Positions 1 to 11,953 of a stretch of 46,692 nt of DNA are shown here, piece by piece. Position 1 is the first letter of the stretch, and each line of letters opens with the position of its first letter. The notes under the pieces were generated by a model that saw only the letters and a list, made by a program, of their open reading frames with translations, searched no databases and was not told the DNA's origin. Source of the stretch: Paramecium tetraurelia (lineage: Eukaryota); assembly GCA_000165425.1 (NCBI GenBank), contig CT868074.1, positions 558,001 to 604,692 of the forward strand, written 5' to 3'. A program made the position numbers and the translations under genes.

Positions 1-595
1 AGCAGTGGCACTTCCTGTTGGTTTACCCAACTATATTTAAATGGTTGTTGTCAATGAGTCGTAGACTTCAATTTCAGCACCTACAATGAATGCCACTACT
101 CTTGGTGTTGGATACTTCAAGTAATATTAAACCATGAAATCTTGGAATCGAGTTCCAAAACCTTGTCTCAATCTAATCAAATCTTCAAATTAATAGTTAA
201 CGTATTGCACTTCTGCTTCTGAATCCACGAATGCTACCCATCTTATTCTTAACACTGGAATGATTGCTGGACCATTAATTAAATAGTTTATATAGAACCC
301 TTTTACAGTCACATCAGAAACAAAAGTCTGATAATTGATATTCCTATTTTTATTCCACTCTATTTCTTCGTGCATCAATAAAACTTATGGGCGTCTATTC
401 AAATATTTATTATTCTGACCTGCTGAATTATCTTGGAAATTGCACTCGAGTGAACATTTGCAATGGAAAGACAGGTTCAACGAATTTGTTTTGTCTATTG
501 ATGGTTCTATCAATCCCAGATTGCCATTCTGTATAACCATCATAGCCTAACTATCCCAAAACGCTAACACATAAAATTGCTGCAATTATAAACAT
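1..595 (-). CDS. Secreted H-type lectin-domain protein (3' end runs off the window)
   Basis: ATG at 595 and a signal peptide MFIIAAILCVSVLG. After a 25-nt intron (395-419) it reads RVQFPRQFSRRPQVLLMHEEIEWNKNRNINYQTFVSDVTVKGFYINYLINGPAIIPVLRIRWVAF, matching the H-type lectin pattern F..P.V..., ..T..GF..., ...W.A. Confidence 0.7.
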
Positions 596-614
596 TAATA
601 TTAAAAAAACGATA

Positions 615-1226
615 TCAATTAGATAATAATTCTGCAATCAACTCCACCAAGGCCATTGTGTTTTACATAAAGATATCAAAAATTTCTCGTTTTCTTTACT
701 ACAACTAATAAAATTCTTCCACCCAGTCTTCGCTTTTAATACATTTAATTAATAACTAAAGTTCTTCCAAATTCATCAATTTCTCCTTGACTTCTTCAGC
801 ATCCACTTCTACTTAATTTTAATCATAATTGGCTCTTCTTTTCCCGTAGATAAGATGAGTCATCACCTGTTGTAGATCGTACTTATTATGAATCATGGCT
901 TAAACGACATCCTCTCTTTTATAGCCCTATTCAATCAATTCCAAGACCTTCTTTTTATAGTCTTCAGCATTATCTAATATCATCTCTTATAATTCAATTA
1001 GTTTCGACTTTTTTCGTTCTTTGATTGTTTAGATTATCAGATCTCCCTCTTGTACATCTTAATTAATCAACTATAGTTTTGGTTAAAGAATTCTGTTTTT
1101 ATGAATGTAATTATATTCCTCCTTTGTGTTGCTGATGATGTTATTGAGATCTTCGACGGTGATTTATTGAGGAACTGTAACTTTGAGGTTTTCCCTCGGA
1201 GAAATTTTAACAATAATTTAAATCAT
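615..1226 (-). CDS. Rad23-like UBL-UBA protein (203 aa, divergent)
   Basis: Intronless 612-nt ORF in code 6. N-terminal ubiquitin-like segment (MIQIIVKISPRENLKVTVPQQITVEDL...YIHKNRILQ...GDLII), a UBA (KVLELIEQGYKREDVVQAMIHNKYDLQQVMTHLIYG), and a C-terminal helical segment resembling the XPC-binding/STI1 domain. Confidence 0.65.
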
Positions 1227-1402
1227 TAATAATTTATACGTACGAGGGTGAAATGTAAGTCATATCATATGGTGATTGGTAAATCGAGAAACACTGAGAG
1301 ATCGACTCGTTAAAGGGAAATAGGATGATATCGAAATACTGGATTAAAGATTTGATTAAAGCTTGAATATAAATTAAGTTGCTAACATAATAAATTTTAT
1401 TG

Positions 1403-4400
1403 ATGAAATATTAACAACAAAATGATATCGAGGGTCAGAAGCATTCTCTGTTGAGCGTCGAGGATCTCACTGATTTATTTATCCTTAACAAAATCAACGA
1501 TGGATAAAGTTTAAATTAGGTTAAATCATTTGGAGACGATTATGGTTTGGCTCGTAAACTAAACTCAGACATAAAAGTATGTAAAAGAGTCTAAAAGCTA
1601 TTAGTAAGGACTCAGCACAGAAGCTGATGTGTAAAAGAATAGAGAAAGCTTTGGAGACAACACACCAGTGGAGAAAGAACCAACGACTTTGTGTGAATTG
1701 ATAATGGAATGTTTGGAAGACACCATGCTTCGAATACTGCTATTAGCAGCATTGGTATCAACAGTGATTGGGATAATAAATGAAGGAGTGGCCACAGGAT
1801 GGACAGAAGGGTAAGTTAATTATTTGATCATAATAGGGCGACGATTTTTTTTGCCATATTTTTAATCATTTCAATCACCGCAGGAAATAATTATTTGAAA
1901 GAAAAACAATTCAGATAGTTGAGAAGAAGATTAGATGATGGAAAATGTCAAGTTATCAGAGGAAATAAGGTAACGGAAATTGCAACCAAAGATCTCGTTG
2001 TCGGAGACATTCTATTATTTAATCTAGGAGATCTCTTTGTTGTAGATGGTAAAAGATTAAGTATATTATTATAATAGGTTTGATGATATAAGGTAGTGCT
2101 GTTAAAATGGATGAGTCAGCAATGACTGGAGAAAGTGACGAAATAAAAAAATTACCATATTAAGAAATGGCACAATAAAAACAATAATAATTGAATCAAG
2201 ATGCTGCCAGAGGTCACACTAGTCCATTTTTAATATCAGGAACTAAATGCTTAGATGGAACAGGCTAAATGCTAGTTCTAGCTGTTGGTTAAAATACAAT
2301 CTCTGGACAATTAAAGAAATTGTTGATTCAAGACAATCCACCAACTCCATTATAATAGAAATTAGAAGGAGTGGCTTCAGATATAGGAAAATTGGGAGTT
2401 ATCGTATCAATCTTCACATTCATTGCTTTAATGGGACATCTTGGATATGACATTTATTTAGGTTTGATACAATTCCAAAGTCTTAAGACCTTGTAAGTGA
2501 TAGTGGAATCATTTATGATTTCTGTAACCATTATTGTTGTGGCTGTACCTGAAGGATTACCCCTGGCTGTTACAATAGCATTGGCATATTCAGTTGGAAA
2601 AATGAAAGATGAATAAAATTTGGTTAAGAATCTATCATCCTGTGAAATAATGGGTGGAGCCAATAACATATGTAGTGATAAGACAGGCACATTGACCTAA
2701 AACATCATGCAAGTAACTGCCTTGTATGTTGAAAGGAATACCATAAAGAATGATGTCCATACAATTAAATCTAAATTGAATAAGAATACCATTGAATTGA
2801 TGTGTGAAAGTATATGCTACAATTCAAATGCATTCCCATAAAAGGATAAAGCAACCAATAAATGGATCTAAATTGGTAATAAGACTGAATGTGCTTTGTT
2901 AGAGTGTGCCGATAATTTCAACTACAACTTTTCATAATACAGACCTAGTGATAAAATCCTTAGATAAATCCCATTCAATAGCAAGAGAAAGAAGATGAGT
3001 ACTGCAGTATATAATCCAAAATCTCAATTTGTTAGAGTGTATACTAAGGGTGCTTCTGAAATTATATTAAATCAATGCATCAAAATGGTAGGAGCTAATG
3101 GTGTTGAATAAATTTTAGACTAAAATGCAAGAAATTAAATCTATAATGATATAATCTAATAATTTGCTTCAGAATCCTTAAGAACAATAGCCATTGCATA
3201 CAGAGATCTCGATCCTCACTCTTAAAATTCAAGTGTATTAGGATAAATTCCTTAACTTACTAAATACACTTAATCAATCTAAGATGATGATTTAGATAAA
3301 GATTTAGTACTAGTTGCAATTGCAGGAATCAAAGATCCAATAAGACCAGATGTACCGAATTCAATCAAATAATGTCACTCATCTGGAGTTACTGTTAGAA
3401 TGGTTACTGGTGATAATATATTGACTGCCACAGCCATAGCCAAAGAATGTGGAATTCTTCAGATTAACAAACAACCAGGACAATATGAAGTGATGGAGGG
3501 CAAGTTTTTCAGAGAGTTTGTGGGAGGACTCAAGACAAGCAAAGACAAAGATGGAAATGAAATCAAAGAAGTAGGAAATAAGGAGAATTTTAAAGTGGTT
3601 GCCAGAGACATGAAGGTTATGGCAAGAGCATCACCTGAAGATAAATACATTTTGGTTACTGGATTGATTGCTGAAGGTAATGTTATTGCAGTCACTGGTG
3701 ATGGTACTAATGATGCTCCAGCCTTAAAAAAAGCAGATGTAGGATTTGCTATGGGTATCACTGGTTCTGATGTTGCCAAGGATGCTGCTGATATTATCTT
3801 ATTAGATGATAATTTCAGTTCTATAATCACAGGTACTTACAATTAGTAATTTTAGCTATGAAATGGGGCAGAAATATTTACGACTGTATTAGGAAATTTA
3901 TCCAATTTCAATTAACTGTAAATCTAGTAGCATTATTCATGTCCTTTTTGGGTGCTGTTGTTCTGAAAGAATCCCCATTAAATACTATTGAAATGCTCTG
4001 GGTTAATCTTATTATGGACACCTTTGCTTCGTTAGCATTAGCAACTGAACCTCCCAATATCACAGTGCTTGAAAGACAACCATACAAGAGAGAGGATAAA
4101 ATTGTATCTCCAACCATGAATAGAACCATCGTAGGAGGATCTGTCTATCAGATTGCTGTTCTGTGTGGCATCTTGTTTGTTCTACCAAAATACATGGATT
4201 TATCTATGCCTTAAGAGTTATAAGGATAAAAAGTAATATATAAATGCTATCATTTAAGTTCCATAAGAATGTAGTGTAAATGAGTATATTTTTCTAAACT
4301 TTTGTCGTTATGCAAGTGTTTAATTCAATTACTTGCAGATAACTTGATTACAAAACTATCAACCCTTTTACTAATGCATGCAACAATCCTTTATTTTGGG

Positions 4401-4738
4401 GCGTCTAAACATTCACTTTAATAATCTAATGCATCTTAATTTAATATGGTGGTAAATTTGTTAAGGTCTCCCATTTAACTGTGTAACAACATATACTTTG
4501 CATTGGATTTGGAGTAGGTAGCATTATATTTTTGGCCCTTGTTAAATTAATCATTCCTGATAAGTTCTGTCAAAGGGTTGAGCTTTTCAGAGAAGATATT
4601 ATCACTGAAGATAAAATGGATGATACTCTAGCAAGTAGATTAAGAAGAAAATCAACTACAAGACAAAGAAATAGAAAAACTGAAAATTAAGATTATGTCA
4701 CTGTCCGTAGTATATAATAAAGTCATTAAAGAATGTGA
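1403..4738 (+). CDS. PMCA: Plasma-membrane Ca2+-ATPase (P2B-type)
   Basis: Motifs [28 protein letters not shown] (phospho-Asp), [33 protein letters not shown] and [20 protein letters not shown]. Introns at 1577-1604, 1811-1836, 2049-2077, 3833-3855 and 4233-4258. Confidence 0.97.
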
Positions 4739-4834
4739 AATATTAATTATAATATTAATAATTCCCTATATCTAATTTGGGAGAATAAATCTCTACCAAT
4801 AATTTTGTTATAAACAATTAATAATGGAAATCAT

Positions 4835-6659
4835 TCACTAAGAGGGCAGTTTTTCTATATGATGGAACATGTGGCTTTCATTAGTAAAATACTCTTTGAA
4901 GATCTTATTCTCGCTCAATAGTTCCAACATTCCAGGATGCAATCCAGTAATATACACCTAAGTGCTATTTTCTATGTTTATAAATACTATTATACTTCTC
5001 ATGTTATCTATAATAATGGCTAAACTGTCAACTGCTTAGAAATCGAAAACGCAAACATATCTGAAACTGAGAATGAAAACGTCTGTCTTGGCTAATTCTT
5101 TGATCTAATCGATGTGACCCTTGATATTGATGTAATTTAAGGCTCCATTAAATCTGTAAACAGTATATGTTCCTTCTAGATTTGGGGGAATGTCATTGCA
5201 TTCTTCTTCAAATTCATGAAGATTAGAATCTCTTAGATTTATCTAATACACTCCTTCCTTTTGATTGGTCATCACTTCTGCTGAGGGTGAACTCATTTTT
5301 TGTGCAAAAATAATTAGAGCATGCATGCTGCCAATAAGAGTACTTTGAATGGCACCGTAATTAACACAGAGCCAAGCAATACAAAAAATATAGAATAAAA
5401 TTAATTTTCTCTAGGTTCTGTATAAATTAACATAGTAATGCCAAGGTGGTATATTGATAATCATGTACAGCAATTGACCACTAATAATATAGAAGGGTAT
5501 ATCCATAAAAAATTTACTAAAAACACCATAGAAGAACAGTATTGATAAAGCGTTAAGAATGGAGGACCATTGGTTGGTCTTACGTAACTTAATATCTAAA
5601 ATGTACATCCTTGATGATGCACAACAAGGCAACCCACCAAATATTCCACTTAAAATATTGGCAGTAGATACACATTGTATTTCCTGATCATAATCACATT
5701 TGACACCACTTAAAGACTAACCTGCCCTGGCACAGAATTGATTTTATATCAAAATAAAAAGTGTGATGGGTATAGCTTAAGTTAATAGATGACTAACAAC
5801 TTAAAAGTCTGGATGAAATTTTGGGCCATCATATTCTATAAAATTAAAATATATTGTGACTTATCCATATGCTGATCTCAAGCATTTTTCAGTTGGATAG
5901 ACTATTCCCAAGGTTAATCCAGTTAATGTAGTTATGAATATCCATGGAAATTACCTAAAGAATATTCTACCCATCTACAAAAAGAGGAAAACACACCATG
6001 CACCTACAAAATAGTATAAATCTCCTCTTTCTTAAAAAGATATAAACATATCGTAGTAAGATGAATACAGTTCCACTCCTCTATTCGAATGATTATCTGT
6101 TAATCCAAACATATAATCACTATATGAAAAAAAAAATAGACTTGCAATCCCTAACAAGAATCCTTCTATAACATAAACCGGAATAAAATCTGATAAATGA
6201 TGCCATTTTAATAATCCTGCCAAATAAATGTAGATTCCCACTATGATTGTGATCCAAGGCATTACTTCAACACCATAGGTCTTCACCAATTGATAATTCA
6301 ATCCAATTACGACCCAAGATGGCATATATATTGAATGGTTGCCTTGTCAATCTTAATAATATACTTCCACTAAAGAATCCATTGGTTAGTGCTGCTATGA
6401 ATGCAGTCGTGATACCAACAGAGGCGTTGCAACCTGAACTACTACCGATAGTTAAGTGAAATGGCATATTCAATATTGTCTAGGCCATTCCACTCTTCCA
6501 AGAATCTCTAATGTAGGTCAATCCACTCTTAAAACTATGAACCGACAGATGATCTAGACTGGATTATTTTTGGAGTTTGCTTGATTTAATATTGGGCCCT
6601 TATTGTTGATTTTCATTTTAATTCAGTGTTGGAATTTCAATTAAAGGTTATTAAGACAT
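4835..6659 (-). CDS. SulP/SLC26 anion transporter with C-terminal STAS domain
   Basis: Multi-TM ORF with FIPVYVIEGFLLGIA and DQEIQCVSTANILSGIFGGLP. STAS signature YRFNGALNYIN...ILSFRYVCVFDSQAVDSL. Intron at 6343-6364 and a possible 3n intron at 4972-4995. Confidence 0.88.
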
Positions 6660-6678
6660 AAATAATATTAACAAACAT

Positions 6679-7063
6679 ATGCTAAAGTTATTTATTCTGA
6701 CCCTTTTAATAATTACAATTTCAGCCAGATTGGACCAATAAGATCCAGCAGTTGGGAAGAAAAATACAAGTTCAAACAAATAGGAAAGTGATGTTATGAA
6801 ATACAGGAGAGCAGCTGCAATGGCCAAAGAGGAATTCTAGGGTATGGAAGTGTGAATAACAATTATTAGAACTATGCGGTCTCAATGGTTTTGTGTGGAA
6901 ATAAACTACTCTGGTTGATACTCAAGTTGTCTCTGGATTCAATTACAGCATCTATGGTAAGGTGTAGAAAGGAGATTAGACAAGAACAGTCAAGGTCTCA
7001 TTTTATATTCCAGCTGGATAGGATTCCAGAATTAAAGCTACCGGTTGCAATATTGTTGCTTGA
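6679..7063 (+). CDS. Secreted cystatin-like protease inhibitor (118 aa)
   Basis: Signal peptide MLKLFILTLLIITISA, N-terminal Gly, and the cystatin QxVxG motif in TQVVSGFNYSI. A 28-nt intron at 6842-6869 restores the frame. TGA at 7061-7063. Confidence 0.75.
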
Positions 7064-7097
7064 AGAAATACAATAAAACAATATATATATATTAATA

Positions 7098-8615
7098 ATG
7101 CCTTATTCATTCAAACTTTTAGTTCACGATGTCTAACTTCAAATTTCAGATCCTATTCTGATCTCCAGTCCTTCTCTTTCATTCACCATAGCCAATTATC
7201 CAAAAATTATAGTTAACGGAAAATGTCCTATAAGTAATGTTAAGGGAACATACGATTAACAGAAACCATTTGGCCATGGGAAATCAATTTTATTGCATTT
7301 GAATCAGGATAAAATGACAGACATCTTGAGGGAAATGCCCCTCGAAATATTATTTTTGAATGGACAAGCAATTGTAGCTGGAGCAAGGATTAATTTAGAG
7401 CATTTTATTCCAGACATTGATTCAGAATTGAAGTTCAAGAGAGGCAACTTCCATTTGCTGGATCATTTTGGCAAACCCTATTTGTTGGCTGATATTTCAA
7501 TAAGCATACACGACCCAGATAAAATTCCAGATGTTTTGAAAGAGGAAAGAGAAAGACAAATCTAAATGATGAAATAAAAACAATAAAATGATTACCTACA
7601 ATAACTAGAGAAGCCAACTGACCCAGAACCAGTCCCAGATTAAATAGTGTATAACAAAAAGAAGAAACAAGACTCTACTCCAAAAAATTAGTATTCACAT
7701 CCAAATACATACTCTGAATAGAGAAGTCCAAGGAATATGAATGACATTGAATAAATGAGTTAATAACCAAAAATAACCATTCAACAACCACGTTAATAAA
7801 CAATGCAATCAACTTAACCTAAAATCCCATAAAGACCTGTAAGTGCTACACCTAAATCCAACGTCCATCCAAACTCCAAACAGCCAATTAGTTTCCATGA
7901 ATCCAAAGCATCTTAAAAACAATCTGTGAAAAAACCCTTAAAACCAGCCCTCAAAGTTAATTAAAAAACATCCAAACCAATCCCCTAGAATTCTTAACCA
8001 TAATAAACGATTAAAAAGAACCCAAATTCTGTAATCATACCAGAACCAGATGAAATTAAGGATATTCCTATTACTGAATGGGTGAATTAAGTTTACTGTC
8101 CTCCCCCTATGTTTCTGGATAAGAAAGTATATGTGCACAAGGTTTATAATGCACCTGAAGAGTAAGTCGAGAAATATGTAAAACCAGCAAAATTCTACTC
8201 TATTGGGATACAAACAGATTTTCAATTGCCAGATGTAAAAGCCTAATAAACTGAATACTCTCAGGATCCTTAAGATTACACTCCTAAGGACAGAGTTTAA
8301 ACATAAACAGTCGTATCTGATAATTACTAAGAGGACTTTGAAAGCTTTGTTTAATCTTAATCCTAATTCTCATAGAGTTAATAACTGAAGCAATCGAAAA
8401 CTCCAAGAAATTAACCTTCCTCAAATAGGAGAACTACCTCTATTTAAGAAGCAGTTGATGAGGATGTTATATCAGATATCTATTCTTAAGATTTTGAATA
8501 AATTAGTTAGAGTTAAACTTTTAAAAGAAGTTTATCAAAAAAAGATGATATATCTGATTCATATATCCCAGATTTTGAGTCTATCAGCCAATCTTAATAA
8601 TTTAGGAAAAAATGA
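7098..8615 (+). CDS. MAP10/KIAA1383-like protein (N-terminal C2-like domain plus Q/P/S-rich tail)
   Basis: 1518-nt intronless ORF in code 6. The N-terminus FTIANYPKII...FGHGKSILLHLNQDKMTDILREMPLEILF resembles the MAP10 N-terminal motif F..GKS.LF.L......L...PL. The rest is low complexity. Confidence 0.55.
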
Positions 8616-8645
8616 TTTTTATTATTTATTTTATAATATTTCATA

Positions 8646-9957
8646 ATGGGTAATAAATAAACTCCTGCATAATAGTCAATTCAAGCATATATCAAACATC
8701 TAAAGACGAGGAAGGAAACCTTAAATCTAACAGGGCTGAAATGCATGAAGTATGATAATATTATTGTGACCATTGATTAATGGAAGAAAATGAGTTAAAA
8801 ACTATTATAGATCTAATACGATTATCCAAAATACAATTAGAGAATAAAAAAAATAATTTTAGAACTCAAAATATTCATCGAGAACATCAATTCAGAAGAG
8901 TTGATCAAAGCTTTTCAGAATAAGCAAAAATTAGAAGAGTTCTTGCGTTTAGATAATAGTGAGGCTTATCCTTGTCTAAATCTTAGTGAACACATTCAAA
9001 TTGATCAATGCTAATTGCATGTACAATCTTTGATAAAATCTACAAGAATTAAAAGAAGAATTTTAAACAATATTAATGAACTTAAAAAATAATCCAAATT
9101 AAAGAACTTAGTTGAAAAAGAAATCTTATAAAAGGATAATTTTATTATGATCATCATTCAAAAATATTGTTAAATTGTATTATCAACATTTCAATAGACT
9201 AATATAAATGAGCTTAATTAAGAAATAATTGATCATTAACAATCCCTTACATTTATAACGAAATTTTAATAGAAATTGTTGACGGATATCTACATGAAAG
9301 AGATTGATCCTGATATTACATTGAAAACCATTTTCACCAATGAGAAAATATATCTTCATTATATTAATTTTTTAAAGTGCACAAACTCAGAAGAATTAAA
9401 GGTTTACGAACAATAGCTCGATCTAAAATAAAATCTTACTCTTAGTGATTTGGGAGCAGAATAAGCATTTTGGTTGAGTGAAAAGAAAGATCCTTATTCT
9501 GAAGTTGTTCTATAATTAAATTTTATTTAGAAATAAAAATGTCCTGTAAGAAAATTTGAACTTATAGGAAAGCTTAAATATACAATATGCAAAGTAAGAA
9601 TGCTATATATTATAAGTGCTTAGACGAATATTATATCTAGCATCCCATGAAAAATCAGAAACAATTACAAGTAGATAGCGATCACTTTTTAATTATTTTG
9701 ATTTACACTTTGATTCGATAAAATTAACCTACTTTTATTATACATCTTAAATTCATTTTATTTACAATGTCAAAGGAGATCGGTAAATCAATCATTTCTC
9801 ATTCTTTTTAGAAATAGACAGAGGTCAGAATTCTTGGGTTTTTGTCAGCCTCATTGCTGCTGTAACTTAGATTTAAGTTAAAGATATTTGCAGAACTAAT
9901 CTATAAAATTGTTTAGAAACTGTTATCTAGAGTTAATTCAATCTAGAAGGAATGTGA
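8646..9957 (+). CDS. VPS9-domain (Rab5-family GEF-like) protein
   Basis: 419 aa after removing introns 9594-9616 and 9783-9811. The C-terminal CPVRKFELI...VDSDHFLIILIYTLIR...IHLKFI...GQNSWVFVSLIAAVTQI follows the VPS9 pattern. N-terminus is MGNKQT. Confidence 0.7.
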
Positions 9958-10087
9958 TCTATATTTTTTTAGGATAAAATCAAATTTTTTTCTATTGTTG
10001 CTAGTAAATAATTTTGAAACAAAATAATAATTAAATAAATTTGTATCTTAATTATATAAAATTTGATTTTAAAGAAATTGTCAAAAT

Positions 10088-10504
10088 TCACTGAAAATCA
10101 AAGTCCTCAAAAGAATGTTTTCTTTCTTACTCTAGCTTTACTCTTTTTTTATTTAAGATTATTTTGTTATTAAAAGTACAAAGTTCGTTTACATTTTATT
10201 TTAAAAGACTTACATCATTAGGTGATAAAATGTTTACTACATCTTAATCATCATTATCAGGTTGCGAAACTAATACTTAAACTATTTTAATTTATCTAAT
10301 AAGGGTCATAAATAATTATTACTAATAATGTTCTTGTTGCTTTTTAAGCGGATCTGTTTTCATGATTACTCCTAATTGTCTTAAATATTTGATTACACTC
10401 TATTCTTATTGATTTAAGATAGCCTTTTTATTGTCTTTGTTATGAAACATAGGTAGAAATTCGTCTAAGCTATCTTTTGAATTTAAGGATTAAAAAGACA
10501 ACAT
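10088..10504 (-). CDS. Hypothetical protein (138 aa)
   Basis: Uninterrupted ATG..TGA frame in code 6 (MLSFQSLNSKDSLDEFLPMF...RKHSFEDFDFQ). No motif recognised. Confidence 0.55.
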
Positions 10505-10562
10505 TAAAAATTATTTATCTTATGATACTGCTATATATTATTTTATATTTTGCTATTATGAT

Positions 10563-10935
10563 TCAATATTTTTATCTACGAACTCCAGCCAAACATGCTC
10601 TATAAATATTTCTAGGGTTTTCTGGGAACATATCAGCATGAATTCTTAAGTCTTCCATATTATCTATTAAATTGAATTGCAAATCATTTTGATACCTAAT
10701 TCTCCTTTTTTTGTCCACATCGCTTCAGCTGTATATCTTTTGCACATGTCTTCTGCTTCTTTTCTCAATCCAGGATCATTCACTCTACCAGTAGCATAAT
10801 CACATCCCTTCCAACAAATTTAGATTGATGGGTTATACCATGAAAATACATCTTAACACATGGCGTAGCAAGTACCACCATTGTACCTTAGAATTTACCC
10901 ACCTATTATTCATTGATTAGTGTACCTGTTGCCAT
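10563..10935 (-). CDS. Small Cys-rich protein with twin CX3C (105 aa)
   Basis: Introns 10903-10925 (23 nt) and 10664-10695 (32 nt) give MATGGQILRYNGGTCYAMCQDVFSWYNPSIQICWKGCDYATGRVNDPGLRKEAEDMCKRYTAEAMW...IYRACLAGVRRQKY. Confidence 0.8.
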
Positions 10936-11144
10936 TTTGATAATTAAAAATAAAATGTTATTGTATATTATATAAGTTTAATAAATAATATACTCATTAA
11001 CGTTTGTATTGGTATTCTAGGGAGATTCATAGTGGATGATAATCACTGTAGAATATTTACATAAATAAAACAGTTATTATAAATAAGGGTATATATAGAG
11101 AGTCATTAAAAAATTAAATCTTTAAATTTAAATAAAAACAAACA

Positions 11145-11702
11145 ATGTCCAACAATAAGGAATAAATCAAGGCAGAACTTGAAGAGAATAGAAAGAAATT
11201 AGCTGAAAAATTTGGACAAACAAAAATGGGCAGCACTTTGGCCAGAAGAAAGCATAAAAATGTTCACTAAACTTAAGTACGTAATGGAAATAATCATTAT
11301 AGATAAATGACGATAAGAAGCTTAAATAAGTTATTAAGAAATTTGGAGTACAACAATTGGGGAATATTGACGAAGTCAACTTTTTCAAAGATGATAATAC
11401 AATTATTCACTTTTCAAAACCAGAAGTCCAAGCAGCTATTGGAAGCAATACATTTGCCATTTTTGGAAATCCAGAAACTAAAAAGTTTGCAGAGTTGATG
11501 CCAGAGATTTTGAATCATATTGGTCCAAACTAAATGGGTCTTCTTTAAGAATTAATGAAAGAAAATTAGAGTAAGGTACATAATTTAAAAAAAATTTAAG
11601 GAAAAAGTTGAAAAAATTGCTGAGGCTGATCCAAAAGATGAAGACGATATTCCTGTATTGGTGTAGGGATAAAACTTCGAAGAAGCAAGCAAGAAAGAAT
11701 GA
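11145..11702 (+). CDS. BTF3: Nascent polypeptide-associated complex beta subunit
   Basis: RRKHKNVH, DDKKLKQVIKKFGVQQLGNIDEVNFFKDDNTIIHFSKPEVQAAIGSNTFAIFG and LMPEILNHIGP. Introns at 11277-11302 and 11576-11600. Confidence 0.95.
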
Positions 11703-11953
11703 GTTAAAATATCATATATTATGTATACCATCCATTATTTAATAACCAATATCTATTATGTTTTGTTTTGAGTAGATCTTAATCACTTACTTTAATGGGG
11801 GTACTAATTATCAGAAGGATATTATCGTCTCTGGATCAATATTTATTGTGTTTTTGAATAATTAATCAGAATTGGTTGGAGTATTGAGAGGGCTTTATAG
11901 AAATCATATGAAAATGAATCCCATTTGAAATTATTATTAATTTAATTATTATT

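Noticed and set aside
3459..4129. Antisense ORFs of 123 aa and 73 aa (and similar ones opposite SulP, GS, GPN3, LIS1 and BTF3)
   Set aside because: Shadow frames opposite well-supported genes, with no motifs.
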